Positions 1 to 15,500 of a stretch of 64,000 nt of DNA are shown here, one piece after another; positions within the stretch are counted from its first letter, which is position 1, and every line of letters starts with the position of its first letter. The notes beneath the pieces were generated by a model. That model worked only from the letters and a program-made list of their open reading frames with translations. It was not told where the DNA came from and made no database searches. Position numbers and translations under genes: made by a program. Source of the DNA: Malacoraja senta (Eukaryota); assembly GCA_038087875.1 (NCBI GenBank), contig CM075999.1:746001-810000 (forward strand). Direction: 5' to 3'.

Positions 1-98
1 TTGATACAAAAAGATGCAAAATTACAATTCAATGCATTTTCTGCGCTTAAGATTCCAGTCTTTAAATTTACTTGAACCTAAAATCTCCACCTTTCCAG

Positions 99-257
99 AA
101 ACCACTGTACCATCTACAAGCACAGAGGCAACAACAACAGCTACAAGCACCACAACAGTTCCCACATCAACAACAATAGAAACAACTACAGGCAGCACAA
201 TTGCATCTACAACAGAAGTTACCACCACCTTCACGACCACACCACTTACAACCACTG
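99..257 (+). CDS. First PTS repeat exon in the window (159 bp, 53 aa, phase 1-1); representative of the array
   Basis: ctccacctttccAG|aaaccactgta...acaaccactg|GTgagt. Encodes (E)TTVPSTSTEATTTATSTTTVPTSTTIETTTGSTIASTTEVTTTFTTTPLTTT. Confidence 0.92.
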
Positions 258-3200
258 GTGAGTCCGGTGTGCAAGAGTAATGCAGAATAAATTTGTTCCT
301 TACACATCCAGTGAATAAGAATCATTACAGTGCAACACGTTAATATGGATTGGCCATGTGTGATCCATGGCATATACTGTTGCATATCTTCTGTCAAAAA
401 CACCACAGATTTTGTTTCCAAATTCTTTGGTCCCTAGAAAACAAATGCGGCCTACTAGCCAGATTATTCCACAAATTATCACGTTGATACAAAAAGATGC
501 AAAATTACAATTCAATGCATTTTCTGCCCTTAAGATTCCAGTCTTTAAATTTAACTGAACCAAAAATCGGCACATTTCCAGAAACCACTGTACCAGTAGA
601 ATAAGTTAAAATGTAATCGCCATATATATTCCATGACAAATGCTGCTGGCATATCTTCTGTCAAAACCGCACACGTGATGTTTCCAAATTCTTTGGTACC
701 TTGAAAACACATGCGGCCTACTTCCCAGAACAGTCAAGAACATTATAACGTTGATACCAAAAAATCCCAAATTGTAGTTCAATGTATTTTCTCCCCGAAA
801 GACTCCAGTCTTTAAATTTACTTGAACCTAAAATCTCCACCTTTCCAGAAACCACTGTACCATCTACAAGCACAGAGGCAACAACAACAGCTTCAAGCAC
901 CACATCAGTTCCCACATCAACGACAATAGAAACAACTGCAGGCAGCACAAGTGCTTCTTCAACAGAAGCTACCACCACCTTCACGACCACACCACTTACA
1001 ACCACTGGTGAGTCCAGAATGCTACAGTAAGGCAAAATAAATTTGTTCCTTCCACGTCCAGTGAACAAGAATCATTACAATAGAACAAGTTAACATGGAT
1101 TGGCCATGTGTGTTCCATGGCATATACTGTTGCATATCTTCTGTCAAAAACACCACAGATTTTTTTTCCAAATTCTTTGGTCCCTAGAAATCAAATCCAG
1201 TCTACTTTCCAGAATATTTAAGAAAATTATCATGTTGATACAAAAAAAAGCAAAATTGTAGTACAATACATTTTCTGCTCTCATGACTTCAGTCTTTAAA
1301 TTTGCCTGAATCAAAATTCTCCACCTTTCCAGAAACCACTGTACCATCTACAAGTACAGAGGCTACTACAACAGCTTCAAGCACCACAACAGTTCCCACA
1401 TCAACGACAATAGAAACAACTACAGGCAGCACAAGTGCACCTACAACAGAAGCTACCACCACCTTCACGACCACACCACTTACAACCACTGGTGAGTCCG
1501 GTATGCAAGAGAAATGCAAAATAAATCTGTTCCTTACACATCCAGTGAATAAGAATCATTACAATAGAATAAGTTAACACGTATTGGCCATGTGTGTTCC
1601 AAGGCATATACTGTTGCATATCTTCTGTCAAAAACACCACAGATTTTGTTTCCAAGCACTTTGGTCCCTTGAAAACAAATGCGGCCTACTAGCCAGAATA
1701 TTCCACAAATTATCACGTTGATACAAAAAGATGCAAAATTACAATTCAATGCATTTTCTGCGCTTAAGATTCCAGTCTTTAAATTTACCTGAACCTAAAA
1801 TCAGCACATTTCCAGAAACCACTGTACCAGTAGAATAAGTTAATATGTAATCGCAATTTATTTCCATGACAAATGCTGCTGGCATATCTTCTGTCAAAAA
1901 CCGCACACGTGATGTATCCAAATTCTTTGGTACCTTGAAAACACATGCGGCCTACTTCCCAGAATAGTCAAGAACATTATCACGTTGATACAAAAAAATT
2001 CCAAATTGAAGTTCAATGTATTTTCTCCCCGAAAGACTCCAGTCTTTAAATTTACTTGAACCTAAAATCTCCACCTTTCCAGAAACCACTGTACCATCTA
2101 CAAGCACAGAGGCAACAACAACAGCTACAGGCACCACATCAGTTCCCACATCAACAACAATAGAAACAACTACAGGCAGCACAATTGCATCTACAACAGA
2201 AGTTACCACCACCTTCACGACCACACCACTTACAACCACTGGTGAGTCCGGTGTGCAAGAGTAATGCAGAATAAATTTGTTCCTTACACATCCAGTGAAT
2301 AAGAATCATTACAGTGGAACACGTTAATATGGATTGGCCATGTGTGATCCATGGCATATACTGTTGCATATCTTCTGTCAAAAACACCACAGATTTTTTT
2401 TCCAAATTCTTTGGTCCCTAGAAAACAAATGCGGCCTACTAGCCAGATTATTCCACAAATTATCACGTTGATACAAAAAGATGCAAAATTACAATTCAAT
2501 GCATTTTCTGCCCTTAAGATTCCAGTCTTTAAATTTAACTGAACCAAAAATCGGCACATTTCCAGAAACCACTGTACCAGTAGAATAAGTTAAAATGTAA
2601 TCGCCATATATATTCCATGACAAATGCTGCTGGCATATCTTCTGTCAAAACCGCACACGTGATGTTTCCAAATTCTTTGGTACCTTGAAAACACATGCGG
2701 CCTACTTCCCAGAACAGTCAAGAACATTATAACGTTGATACCAAAAAATCCCAAATTGTAGTTCAATGTATTTTCTCCCCGAAAGACTCCAGTCTTTAAA
2801 TTTACTTGAACCTAAAATCTCCACCTTTCCAGAAACCACTGTACCATCTACAAGCACAGAGGCAACAACAACAGCTTCAAGCACCACATCAGTTCCCACA
2901 TCAACGACAATAGAAACAACTGCAGGCAGCACAAGTGCTTCTTCAACAGAAGCTACCACCACCTTCACGACCACACCACTTACAACCACTGGTGAGTCCA
3001 GAATGCTACAGTAAGGCAAAATAAATTTGTTCCTTCCACGTCCAGTGAACAAGAATCATTACAATAGAACAAGTTAACATGGATTGGCCATGTGTGTTCC
3101 ATGGCATATACTGTTGCATATCTTCTGTCAAAAACACCACAGATTTTTTTTCCAAATTCTTTGGTCCCTAGAAATCAAATCCAGTCTACTTTCCAGAATA

Positions 3201-6200
3201 TTTAAGAAAATTATCATGTTGATACAAAAAAAAGCAAAATTGTAGTACAATACATTTTCTGCTCTCATGACTTCAGTCTTTAAATTTGCCTGAATCAAAA
3301 TTCTCCACCTTTCCAGAAACCACTGTACCATCTACAAGTACAGAGGCTACTACAACAGCTTCAAGCACCACAACAGTTCCCACATCAACGACAATAGAAA
3401 CAACTACAGGCAGCACAAGTGCACCTACAACAGAAGCTACCACCACCTTCACGACCACACCACTTACAACCACTGGTGAGTCCGGTATGCAAGAGAAATG
3501 CAAAATAAATCTGTTCCTTACACATCCAGTGAATAAGAATCATTACAATAGAATAAGTTAACACGGATTGGCCATGTGTGTTCCAAGGCATATACTGTTG
3601 CATATCTTCTGTCAAAAACACCACAGATTTTGTTTCCAAGCACTTTGGTCCCTTGAAAACAAATGCGGCCTACTAGCCAGAATATTCCACAAATTATCAC
3701 GTTGATACAAAAAGATGCAAAATTACAATTCAATGCATTTTCTGCGCTTAAGATTCCAGTCTTTAAATTTACTTGAACCTAAAATCTCCACCTTTCCAGA
3801 AACCACTGTACCATCTACAAGCACAGAGGCAACAACAACAGCTACAAGCACCACAACAGTTCCCACATCAACAACAATAGAAACAACTACAGGCAGCACA
3901 ATTGCATCTACAACAGAAGTTACCACCACCTTCACGACCACACCACTTACAACCACTGGTGAGTCCGGTGTGCAAGAGTAATGCAGAATAAATTTGTTCC
4001 TTACACATCCAGTGAATAAGAATCATTACAGTGCAACACGTTAATATGGATTGGCCATGTGTGATCCATGGCATATACTGTTGCATATCTTCTGTCAAAA
4101 ACACCACAGATTTTGTTTCCAAATTCTTTGGTCCCTAGAAAACAAATGCGGCCTACTAGCCAGATTATTCCACAAATTATCACGTTGATACAAAAAGATG
4201 CAAAATTACAATTCAATGCATTTTCTGCCCTTAAGATTCCAGTCTTTAAATTTAACTGAACCAAAAATCGGCACATTTCCAGAAACCACTGTACCAGTAG
4301 AATAAGTTAAAATGTAATCGCCATATATATTCCATGACAAATGCTGCTGGCATATCTTCTGTCAAAACCGCACACGTGATGTTTCCAAATTCTTTGGTAC
4401 CTTGAAAACACATGCGGCCTACTTCCCAGAACAGTCAAGAACATTATAACGTTGATACCAAAAAATCCCAAATTGTAGTTCAATGTATTTTCTCCCCGAA
4501 AGACTCCAGTCTTTAAATTTACTTGAACCTAAAATCTCCACCTTTCCAGAAACCACTGTACCATCTACAAGCACAGAGGCAACAACAACAGCTTCAAGCA
4601 CCACATCAGTTCCCACATCAACGACAATAGAAACAACTGCAGGCAGCACAAGTGCTTCTTCAACAGAAGCTACCACCACCTTCACGACCACACCACTTAC
4701 AACCACTGGTGAGTCCAGAATGCTACAGTAAGGCAAAATAAATTTGTTCCTTCCACGTCCAGTGAACAAGAATCATTACAATAGAACAAGTTAACATGGA
4801 TTGGCCATGTGTGTTCCATGGCATATACTGTTGCATATCTTCTGTCAAAAACACCACAGATTTTTTTTCCAAATTCTTTGGTCCCTAGAAATCAAATCCA
4901 GTCTACTTTCCAGAATATATAAGAAAATTATCATGTTGATACAAAAAAAAGCAAAATTGTAGTACAATACATTTTCTGCTCTCATGACTTCAGTCTTTAA
5001 ATTTGCCTGAATCAAAATTCTCCACCTTTCCAGAAACCACTGTACCATCTACAACTACAGAGGCTACTACAACAGCTTCAAGCACCACAACAGTTCCCAC
5101 ATCAACGACAATAGAAACAACTACAGACAGCACAAGTGCACCTACAACAGAAGCTACCACCACCTTCACGACCACACCACTTACAACCACTGGTGAGTCC
5201 GGTATGCAAGAGAAATGCAAAATAAATCTGTTCCTTACACATCCAGTGAATAAGAATCATTACAATAGAATAAGTTAACACGGATTGGCCATGTGTGTTC
5301 CAAGGCATATACTGTTGCATATCTTCTGTCAAAAACACCACAGATTTTGTTTCCAAGCACTTTGGTCCCTTGAAAACAAATGCGGCCTACTAGCCAGAAT
5401 ATTCCACAAATTATCACGTTGATACAAAAAGATGCAAAATTACAATTCAATGCATTTTCTGCGCTTAAGATTCCAGTCTTTAAATTTACTTGAACCTAAA
5501 ATCTCCACCTTTCCAGAAACCACTGTACCATCTACAAGCACAGAGGCAACAACAACAGCTACAAGCACCACATCAGTTCCCACATCAACAACAATAGAAA
5601 CAACTACAGGCAGCACAATTGCATCTACAACAGAAGTTACCACCACCTTCACGACCACACCACTTACAACCACTGGTGAGTCCGGTGTGCAAGAGTAATG
5701 CAGAATAAATTTGTTCCTTACACATCCAGTGAATAAGAATCATTACAGTGCAACACGTTAATATGGATTGGCCATGTGTGATCCATGGCATATACTGTTG
5801 CATATCTTCTGTCAAAAACACCACAGATTTTGTTTCCAAATTCTTTGGTCCCTAGAAAACAAATGCGGCCTACTAGCCAGATTATTCCACAAATTATCAC
5901 GTTGATACAAAAAGATGCAAAATTACAATTCAATGCATTTTCTGCCCTTAAGATTCCAGTCTTTAAATTTAACTGAACCAAAAATCGGCACATTTCCAGA
6001 AACCACTGTACCAGTAGAATAAGTTAAAATGTAATCGCCATATATATTCCATGACAAATGCTGCTGGCATATCTTCTGTCAAAACCGCACACGTGATGTT
6101 TCCAAATTCTTTGGTACCTTGAAAACACATGCGGCCTACTTCCCAGCACAGTCAAGAACATTATAACGTTGATACCAAAAAATCCCAAATTGTAGTTCAA

Positions 6201-9200
6201 TGTATTTTCTCCCCGAAAGTCTCCAGTCTTTAAATTTACTTGAACCTAAAATCTCCACCTTTCCAGAAACCACTGTACCATCTACAAGCACAGAGGCAAC
6301 AACAACAGCTTCAAGCACCACATCAGTTCCCACATCAACGACAATAGAAACAACTGCAGGCAGCACAAGTGCTTCTTCAACAGAAGCTACCACCACCTTC
6401 ACGACCACACCACTTACAACCACTGGTGAGTCCAGAATGCTACAGTAAGGCAAAAATAAATTTGTTCCTTCCACGTCCAGTGAACAAGAATCATTACAAT
6501 ATAACAAGTTAACATGGATTGGCCATGTGTGTTCCATGGCATATACTGTTGCATATCTTCTGTCAAAAACACCACAGATTTTTTTTCCAAATTCTTTGGT
6601 CCCTAGAAATCAAATCCAGTCTACTTTCCAGAATATTTAAGAAAATTATCATGTTGATACAAAAAAAAGCAAAATTGTAGTACAATACATTTTCTGCTCT
6701 CATGACTTCAGTCTTTAAATTTGCCTGAATCAAAATTCTCCACCTTTCCAGAAACCACTGTACCATCTACAAGTACAGAGGCTACTACAACAGCTTCAAG
6801 CACCACAACAGTTCCCACATCAACGACAATAGAAACAACTACAGGCAGCACAAGTGCACCTACAACAGAAGCTACCACCACCTTCACGACCACACCACTT
6901 ACAACCACTGGTGAGTCCGGTATGCAAGAGAAATGCAAAATAAATCTGTTCCTTACACATCCAGTGAATAAGAATCATTACAATAGAATAAGTTAACACG
7001 GATTGGCCATGTGTGTTCCAAGGCATATACTGTTGCATATCTTCTGTCAAAAACACCACAGATTTTGTTTCCAAGCACTTTGGTCCCTTGAAAACAAATG
7101 CGGCCTACTAGCCAGAATATTCCACAAATTATCACGTTGATACAAAAAGATGCAAAATTACAATTCAATGCATTTTCTGCGCTTAAGATTCCAGTCTTTA
7201 AATTTACTTGAACCTAAAATCTCCACCTTTCCAGAAACCACTGTACCATCTACAAGCACAGAGGCAACAACAACAGCTACAAGCACCACATCAGTTCCCA
7301 CATCAACAACAATAGAAACAACTACAGGCAGCACAATTGCATCTACAACAGAAGTTACCACCACCTTCACGACCACACCACTTACAACCACTGGTGAGTC
7401 CGGTGTGCAAGAGTAATGCAGAATAAATTTGTTCCTTACACATCCAGTGAATAAGAATCATTACAGTGCAACACGTTAATATGGATTGGCCATGTGTGAT
7501 CCATGGCATATACTGTTGCATATCTTCTGTCAAAAACACCACAGATTTTGTTTCCAAATTCTTTGGTCCCTAGAAAACAAATGCGGCCTACTAGCCAGAT
7601 TATTCCACAAATTATCACGTTGATACAAAAAGATGCAAAATTACAATTCAATGCATTTTCTGCCCTTAAGATTCCAGTCTTTAAATTTAACTGAACCAAA
7701 AATCGGCACATTTCCAGAAACCACTGTACCAGTAGAATAAGTTAAAATGTAATCGCCATATATATTCCATGACAAATGCTGCTGGCATATCTTCTGTCAA
7801 AACCGCACACGTGATGTTTCCAAATTCTTTGGTACCTTGAAAACACATGCGGCCTACTTCCCAGAACAGTCAAGAACATTATAACGTTGATACCAAAAAA
7901 TCCCAAATTGTAGTTCAATGTATTTTCTCCCCGAAAGTCTCCAGTCTTTAAATTTACTTGAACCTAAAATCTCCACCTTTCCAGAAACCACTGTACCATC
8001 TACAAGCACAGAGGCAACAACAACAGCTTCAAGCACCACATCAGTTCCCACATCAACGACAATAGAAACAACTGCAGGCAGCACAAGTGCTGCTTCAACA
8101 GAAGCTACCACCACCTTCACGACCACACCACTTACAACCACTGGTGAGTCCAGAATGCTACAGTAAGGCAAAATAAATTTGTTCCTTCCACGTCCAGTAA
8201 ACAAGAATCATTACAATAGAACAAGTTAACATGGATTGGCCATGTGTGTTCCATGGCATATACTGTTGCATATCTTCTGTCAAAAACACCACAGATTTTT
8301 TTTCCAAATTCTTTGGTCCCTAGAAATCAAATCCAGTCTACTTTCCAGAATATTTAAGAAAATTATCATGTTGATACAAAAAAAAGCAAAATTGTAGTAC
8401 AATACATTTTCTGCTCTCATGACTTCAGTCTTTAAATTTGCCTGAATCAAAATTCTCCACCTTTCCAGAAACCACTGTACCATCTACAAGTACAGAGGCT
8501 ACTACAACAGCTTCAAGCACCACAACAGTTCCCACATCAACGACAATAGAAACAACTACAGGCAGCACAAGTGCACCTACAACAGAAGCTACCACCACCT
8601 TCACGACCACACCACTTACAACCACTGGTGAGTCCGGTATGCAAGAGAAATGCAAAATAAATCTGTTCCTTACACATCCAGTGAATAAGAATCATTACAA
8701 TAGAATAAGTTAACACGGATTGGCCATGTGTGTTCCAAGGCATATACTGTTGCATATCTTCTGTCAAAAACACCACAGATTTTGTTTCCAAGCACTTTGG
8801 TCCCTTGAAAACAAATGCGGCCTACTAGCCAGAATATTCCACAAATTATCACGTTGATACAAAAAGATGCAAAATTACAATTCAATGCATTTTCTGCGCT
8901 TAAGATTCCAGTCTTTAAATTTACCTGAACCTAAAAACAGCACATTTCCAGAAACCACTGTACCAGTAGAATAAGTTAATATGTAATCGCAATTTATTTC
9001 CATGACAAATGCTGCTGGCATATCTTCTGTCAAAAACCGCACACGTGATGTATCCAAATTCTTTGGTACCTTGAAAACACATGCGGCCTACTTCCCAGAA
9101 TAGTCAAGAACATTATCACGTTGATACAAAAAAATCCCAAATTGAAGTTCAATGTATTTTCTCCCCGAAAGACTCCAGTCTTTAAATTTACTTGAACCTA

Positions 9201-12200
9201 AAATCTCCACCTTTCCAGAAACCACTGTACCATCTACAAGCACAGAGGCAACAACAACAGCTACAAGCACCACATCAGTTCCCACATCAACAACAATAGA
9301 AACAACTACAGGCAGCACAATTGCATCTACAACAGAAGTTACCACCACCTTCACGACCACACTACTTACAACCACTGGTGAGTCCGGTGTGCAAGAGTAA
9401 TGCAGAATAAATTTGTTCCTTACACATCCAGTGAATAAGAATCATTACAGTGCAACACGTTAATATGGATTGGCCATGTGTGATCCATGGCATATACTGT
9501 TGCATATCTTCTGTCAAAAACACCACAGATTCTGTTTCCAAATTCTTTGGTCCCTAGAAAACAAATGCGGCCTACTAGCCAGATTATTCCACAAATTATC
9601 ACGTTGATACAAAAAGATGCAAAATTACAATTCAATGCATTTTCTGCCCTTAAGATTCCAGTCTTTAAATTTAACTGAACCAAAAATCGGCACATTTCCA
9701 GAAACCACTGTACCAGTAGAATAAGTTAAAATGTAATCGCCATATATATTCCATGACAAATGCTGCTGGCATATCTTCTGTCAAAACCGCACACGTGATG
9801 TTTCCAAATTCTTTGGTACCTTGAAAACACATGCGGCCTACTTCCCAGAACAGTCAAGAACATTATAACGTTGATACCAAAAAATCCCAAATTGTAGTTC
9901 AATGTATTTTCTCCCCGAAAGTCTCCAGTCTTTAAATTTACTTGAACCTAAAATCTCCACCTTTCCAGAAACCACTGTACCATCTACAAGCACAGAGGCA
10001 ACAACAACAGCTTCAAGCACCACATCAGTTCCCACATCAACGACAATAGAAACAACTGCAGGCAGCACAAGTGCTTCTTCAACAGAAGCTACCACCACCT
10101 TCACGACCACACCACTTACAACCACTGGTGAGTCCAGAATGCTACAGTAAGGCAAAATAAATTTGTTCCTTCCACGTCCAGTGAACAAGAATCATTACAA
10201 TAGAACAAGTTAACATGGATTGGCCATGTGTGTTCCATGGCATATACTGTTGCATATCTTCTGTCAAAAACACCACAGATTTTTTTTCCAAATTCTTTGG
10301 TCCCTAGAAATCAAATCCGGTCTACTTTCCAGAATATTTAAGAAAATTATCATGTTGATACAAAAAAAAGCAAAATTGTAGTACAATACATTTTCTGCTC
10401 TCATGACTTCAGTCTTTAAATTTGCCTGAATCAAAAATCTCCACCTTTCCAGAAACCACTGTACCATCTACAAGTACAGAGGCTACTACAACAGCTTCAA
10501 GCACCACAACAGTTCCCACATCAACGACAATAGAAACAACTACAGGCAGCACAAGTGCACCTACAACAGAAGCTACCACCACCTTCACGACCACACCACT
10601 TACAACCACTGGTGAGTCCGGTATGCAAGAGAAATGCAAAATAAATCTGTTCCTTACACATCCAGTGAATAAGAATCATTACAATAGAATAAGTTAACAC
10701 GGATTGGCCATGTGTGTTCCAAGGCATATACTGTTGCATATCTTCTGTCAAAAACACCACAGATTTTGTTTCCAAGCACTTTGGTCCCTTGAAAACAAAT
10801 GCGGCCTACTAGCCAGAATATTCCACAAATTATCACGTTGATACAAAAAGATGCAAAATTACAATTCAATGCATTTTCTGCGCTTAAGATTCCAGTCTTT
10901 AAATTTACCTGTACCTAAAATCAGCACATTTCCAGAAACCACTGTACCAGTAGAATAAGTTAATATGTAATCGCAATTTATTTCCATGACAAATGCTGCT
11001 GGCATATCTTCTGTCAAAAACCGCACACGTGATGTATCCAAATTCTTTGGTACCTTGAAAACACATGCGGCCTACTTCCCAGAATAGTCAAGAACATTAT
11101 CACGTTGATACAAAAAAATCCCAAATTGAAGTTCAATGTATTTTCTCCCCGAAAGACTCCAGTCTTTAAATTTACTTGAACCTAAAATCTCCACCTTTCC
11201 AGAAACCACTGTACCATCTACAAGCACAGAGGCAACAACAACAGCTACAAGCACCACATCAGTTCCCACATCAACAACAATAGAAACAACTACAGGCAGC
11301 ACAATTGCATCTACAACAGAAGTTACCACCACCTTCACGACCACACCACTTACAACCACTGGTGAGTCCGGTGTGCAAGAGTAATGCAGAATAAATTTGT
11401 TCCTTACACATCCAGTGAATAAGAATCATTGCAGTGGAACACGTTAATATGGATTGGCCATGTGTGATCCATGGCATATACTGTTGCATTTCTTCTGTCA
11501 AAAACACCACAGATTTTTTTTCCAAATTCTTTGGTCCCTAGAAAACAAATGCGGCCTACTAGCCAGATTATTCCACAAATTATCACGTTGATACAAAAAG
11601 ATGCAAAATTACAATTCAATGCATTTTCTGCCCTTAAGATTCCAGTCTTTAAATTTAACTGAACCTAAAATCGGCACATTTCCAGAAACCACTGTACCAG
11701 TAGAATAAGTTAATATGTAATCGCCAAATATATTCCATGACGAATGCTGCTGGCATATCTTCTGTCAAAAACCGCACACGTGATGTTTCCAAATTCTATG
11801 GTACCTTGAAAACACATGCGGCCTACTTCCCAGAACAGTCAAGAACATTATCACGTTGATGCCAAAAAATCCCAAATTGTAGTTCAATGTATTTTCTCCC
11901 AGAAAGACTCCAGTCTTTAAATTTACTTGAACCTAAAATCGCCACCTTTCCAGAAACCACTGTACCATCTACAAGCACAGAGGCAACAACAACAGCTTCA
12001 AGCACCACATCAGTTCCCACATCAACGACAATAGAAACAACTGCAGGCAGCACAAGTGCTTCTTCAACAGAAGCTACCACCACCTTCACGACCACACCAC
12101 TTACAACCACTGGTGAGTCCAGAATGCTACAGTAAGGCAAAATAAATTTGTTCCTTCCACGTCCAGTGAACAAGAATCATTACAATAGAACAAGTTAACA

Positions 12201-12598
12201 TGGATTGGCCATGTGTGTTCCATGGCATATACTGTTGTATATCTTCTGTCAAAAACACCACAGATTTTTTTTCCAAATTCTTTGGTCCCTTGAAAACAAA
12301 TGTGGCCCACTTCCCAGAGTATTCAAGGAAATTATCATGTTGATATTAAAAAAAAAGCAAAATTGTAGTTCAATACATTTTCTGGTCTCATGACTTCAGT
12401 CTTTAAATTTGCCTGAATCAAAAATCTCCACCTTTCCAGAAACCACTGTACCATCTACAAGTACAGAGGCAACTACAACAGCTTCAAGCACCACATCAGT
12501 TCCCACATCAACGACAATAGAAACAACTACCGGCAGCACAAGTGCATCTACAACAGAAGCTACCACCACCTTCACAACCACACCACTAACAACCACTG
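99..12598 (+). CDS. PTS exons 1-21 (each 159 bp)
   Basis: Exon starts: 99, 849, 1333, 2083, 2833, 3317, 3800, 4550, 5034, 5517, 6267, 6752, 7235, 7985, 8469, 9219, 9969, 10453, 11203, 11954, 12440. Each ends at start+158 and has AG/GT. Confidence 0.88.
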
Positions 12599-15500
12599 GT
12601 GAGTCCAGAATGCTACAATAAGGCAAACATAAATTTGTTCCTTCCATGTCCAGTGAACAAGAATCATTACAATAGAACAAGTTAACATGGATTGGCCATG
12701 TGTGTTCCATGGCATATACTGTTGCATATTTTCTGTCAAAAACACCACAGATTTTCCAAACTATTTGGTCCCTTGAAAACAAATGCGGCATTCTGCCCAC
12801 AATATTCCACAAATTTACACATTGATACAAAAAGATGAAAATTTCAATTCAATGCATTTTCTGCCCTTAAGATTCCTGTCTTTACATTTACCTGAACCTA
12901 ACATCTCCACATTTCCAGAAACCACTGTACCAATAGAATAAGTTAATATGTAATTGCCAAATATATTCCATGACAAATGCTGCTGGCATATCTTCTGTCA
13001 AAAAACGCACACGTGATGTTTGCAAATTCTTTCGTACCTTGAGAACACATGCGGCCTACTTCACAGAATAGTCAAGAACATTATCACGTTGACACAAAAA
13101 AAATCCATAAATTGTAGTTCAATGTATTTTCTCCCCGAAAGACGCCAGTCTTTAAATTTACTTGAACCTAAAATCTCCACCTTTCCAGAAACCACTGTAC
13201 CATCTACAAGTACAGAAGCAACTACAACAGCTTCAAGCACCACATCGGTTCCCATATCAGCAGCAATAGAAACAACTACAGGCAGCTCAAGTGTATCTAC
13301 AACAGAAGCTACCACCACCTTCACGTCCACACCACTTACAACCACTGGTGAGTCCATTATGCCAGAGTAATGCAAAAATAAACCTGTTCCTTACACATCC
13401 AGCGAATAAGAATCATTGCAAATCGAACAAGTTAACATGTATATGCCATATCACCTATGCTGCTGGCATATCTTCTGTCAAAAACAGCATACATGATGTT
13501 TCCAAATTCTTCGATCTTTTGAAAACACTTGTGGTCTACATCCCAGAATATTCAACAAATGATCATGTTGATATAAAAAGACGCTAAATTAGAATTCAAT
13601 ACATTTTGTGCCCTTAAGATTCCAGTCCTTAAATTTACCTGAATCAAAAATCTCCACCTTTCCAGAAACCACTGTACCATCTACAAGTACAGAGGCTACT
13701 ACAACAGCTTCAAGCACCACAACAGTTCTCACATCAACAACAATAGAAACAACAACAGGCAGCACAAGTGCTTCTTCAACAGAAGCTACCACCACCTTCA
13801 CGACCACACCACTTACAACCACTGGTGAGTCTGGTATGCAAGAGAAATGCAAAATAAATATGTTCCTTACACATCCAGTGAATAAGAATAATTACAGTAA
13901 CACAAGTTAACATGGATTGGTCATGTGTGTTCCATGGCATATTTTGTTGGCATATCTTCTGTCAAAAACACCACAGATTTTTTTTCCAAATTCTTTGGTC
14001 CCTTGAAAACAAATGTGGTCTACTTTCCAGAATATTTTGAGAAAATTATCATGTTGATACAAAAAAAAGCAAAATTGCAGTTCAATACATTTTCTGCCCT
14101 CCTGACCTCTGTCTTTAAATTTGCCTGAATCAAAAATCTCCACCTTTCCAGAAACCACTGTACCATCTACAAGTACGGAGGTTGCTACAACAGCTTCAAG
14201 CACCACAACAGTTCCCACATCAACGACAATAGAAACAACTACAGGCAGCACAAGTGCTTCTTCAACAGAAGCTACCACCACCTTCACGACCACACCACTT
14301 ACAACCACTGGTGAGTCCAGAATGCTACAGTAAGGCAAAATAAATGTATTCCTTACACATCCAGTGAACAAGAATCATTACAATAGAACAAGTTAACACG
14401 GATTGGCCATGTGTGTTCCATGGCATAAACTGTTGCATATGTTCTGTCAAAAACACCACATATTTTGTTTCCAAACTCTTTGGTCCCTTGAAAACAAATG
14501 CGGCCTACTAGCCAGAATATTCCACAAATTATCACGTTGATACAAAAAGATGCAAAATTACAATTGAATGCATTTTCTGCCCTTAAGATTCCAGTCTTTA
14601 AATTTAACTGAACCTAAAATCGGCACATTTCCAGAAACCACTGTACCAGTAGAATAAGTTAATATGTAATCGCCATATATATTCCATGACAAATGCTGCT
14701 GGCATATCTTCTGTCAAAAACCGCACACGTGATGTTTCCAAATTCTTTGGTACCTTGAAAACACATGCGGCCTACTTCCCAGAACAGTCAAGAACATTAT
14801 CACGTTGATATCAAAAAATCCCAAATTGTAGTTCAATGTATTTTCTCCCAGAAAGACTCCAGTCTTTAAATTTACTTGAACCTAAAATCTCCACCTTTCC
14901 AGAAACCACTGTACCATCTACAAGCACAGAGGCAACAACAACAGCTTCAAGCACCACATCAGTTCCCACATCAATGACAATAGAAACAACTGCAGGCAGC
15001 ACAAGTGCACCTACAACAGAAGCTACCACCACCTTCACAACCACACCACTTACAATCACTGGTGAGTCCGGTATGCAAGAGAAATGCAAAATAAATATGT
15101 TCCTTACACATCCAGTGAATAAGAATCATTACAATAGAACAAGTTAACACGGATTGGCCATGTGTGTTCCATGGCATATACTGTTGCATATCTTCTGTCA
15201 AAAACACCACAGATTTATTTTCCAAATTCTTTGGTCCCTTGAAAACAAATGTCGTCTACTTTCCAGAATATTTAAGAAAATTATCATGTTGATACAAAAC
15301 AAAAAGCAAAATTGCAGTTCAATACATTTTATGACCTCCTGGCCTCTGTCTTTAAATGTGCCTGAATCAAAAATCTCCACCTTTCCAGAAACCACTGTAC
15401 CATCTACAAGTACGGAGGCTGCTATAACAGCTTCAAGCACTTCAACAGTTCCCACATCAACGACAATAGAAACAACTACAGGCAGCACAAGTGCTTCTTC

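Noticed and set aside
582..595. 14-nt micro-exon in stubs using cca|GTagaa as donor
   Set aside because: It would shift the frame, the donor is a poor match, and the GT is absent in many stubs (caatag, caggag, cagaag, caaaag).
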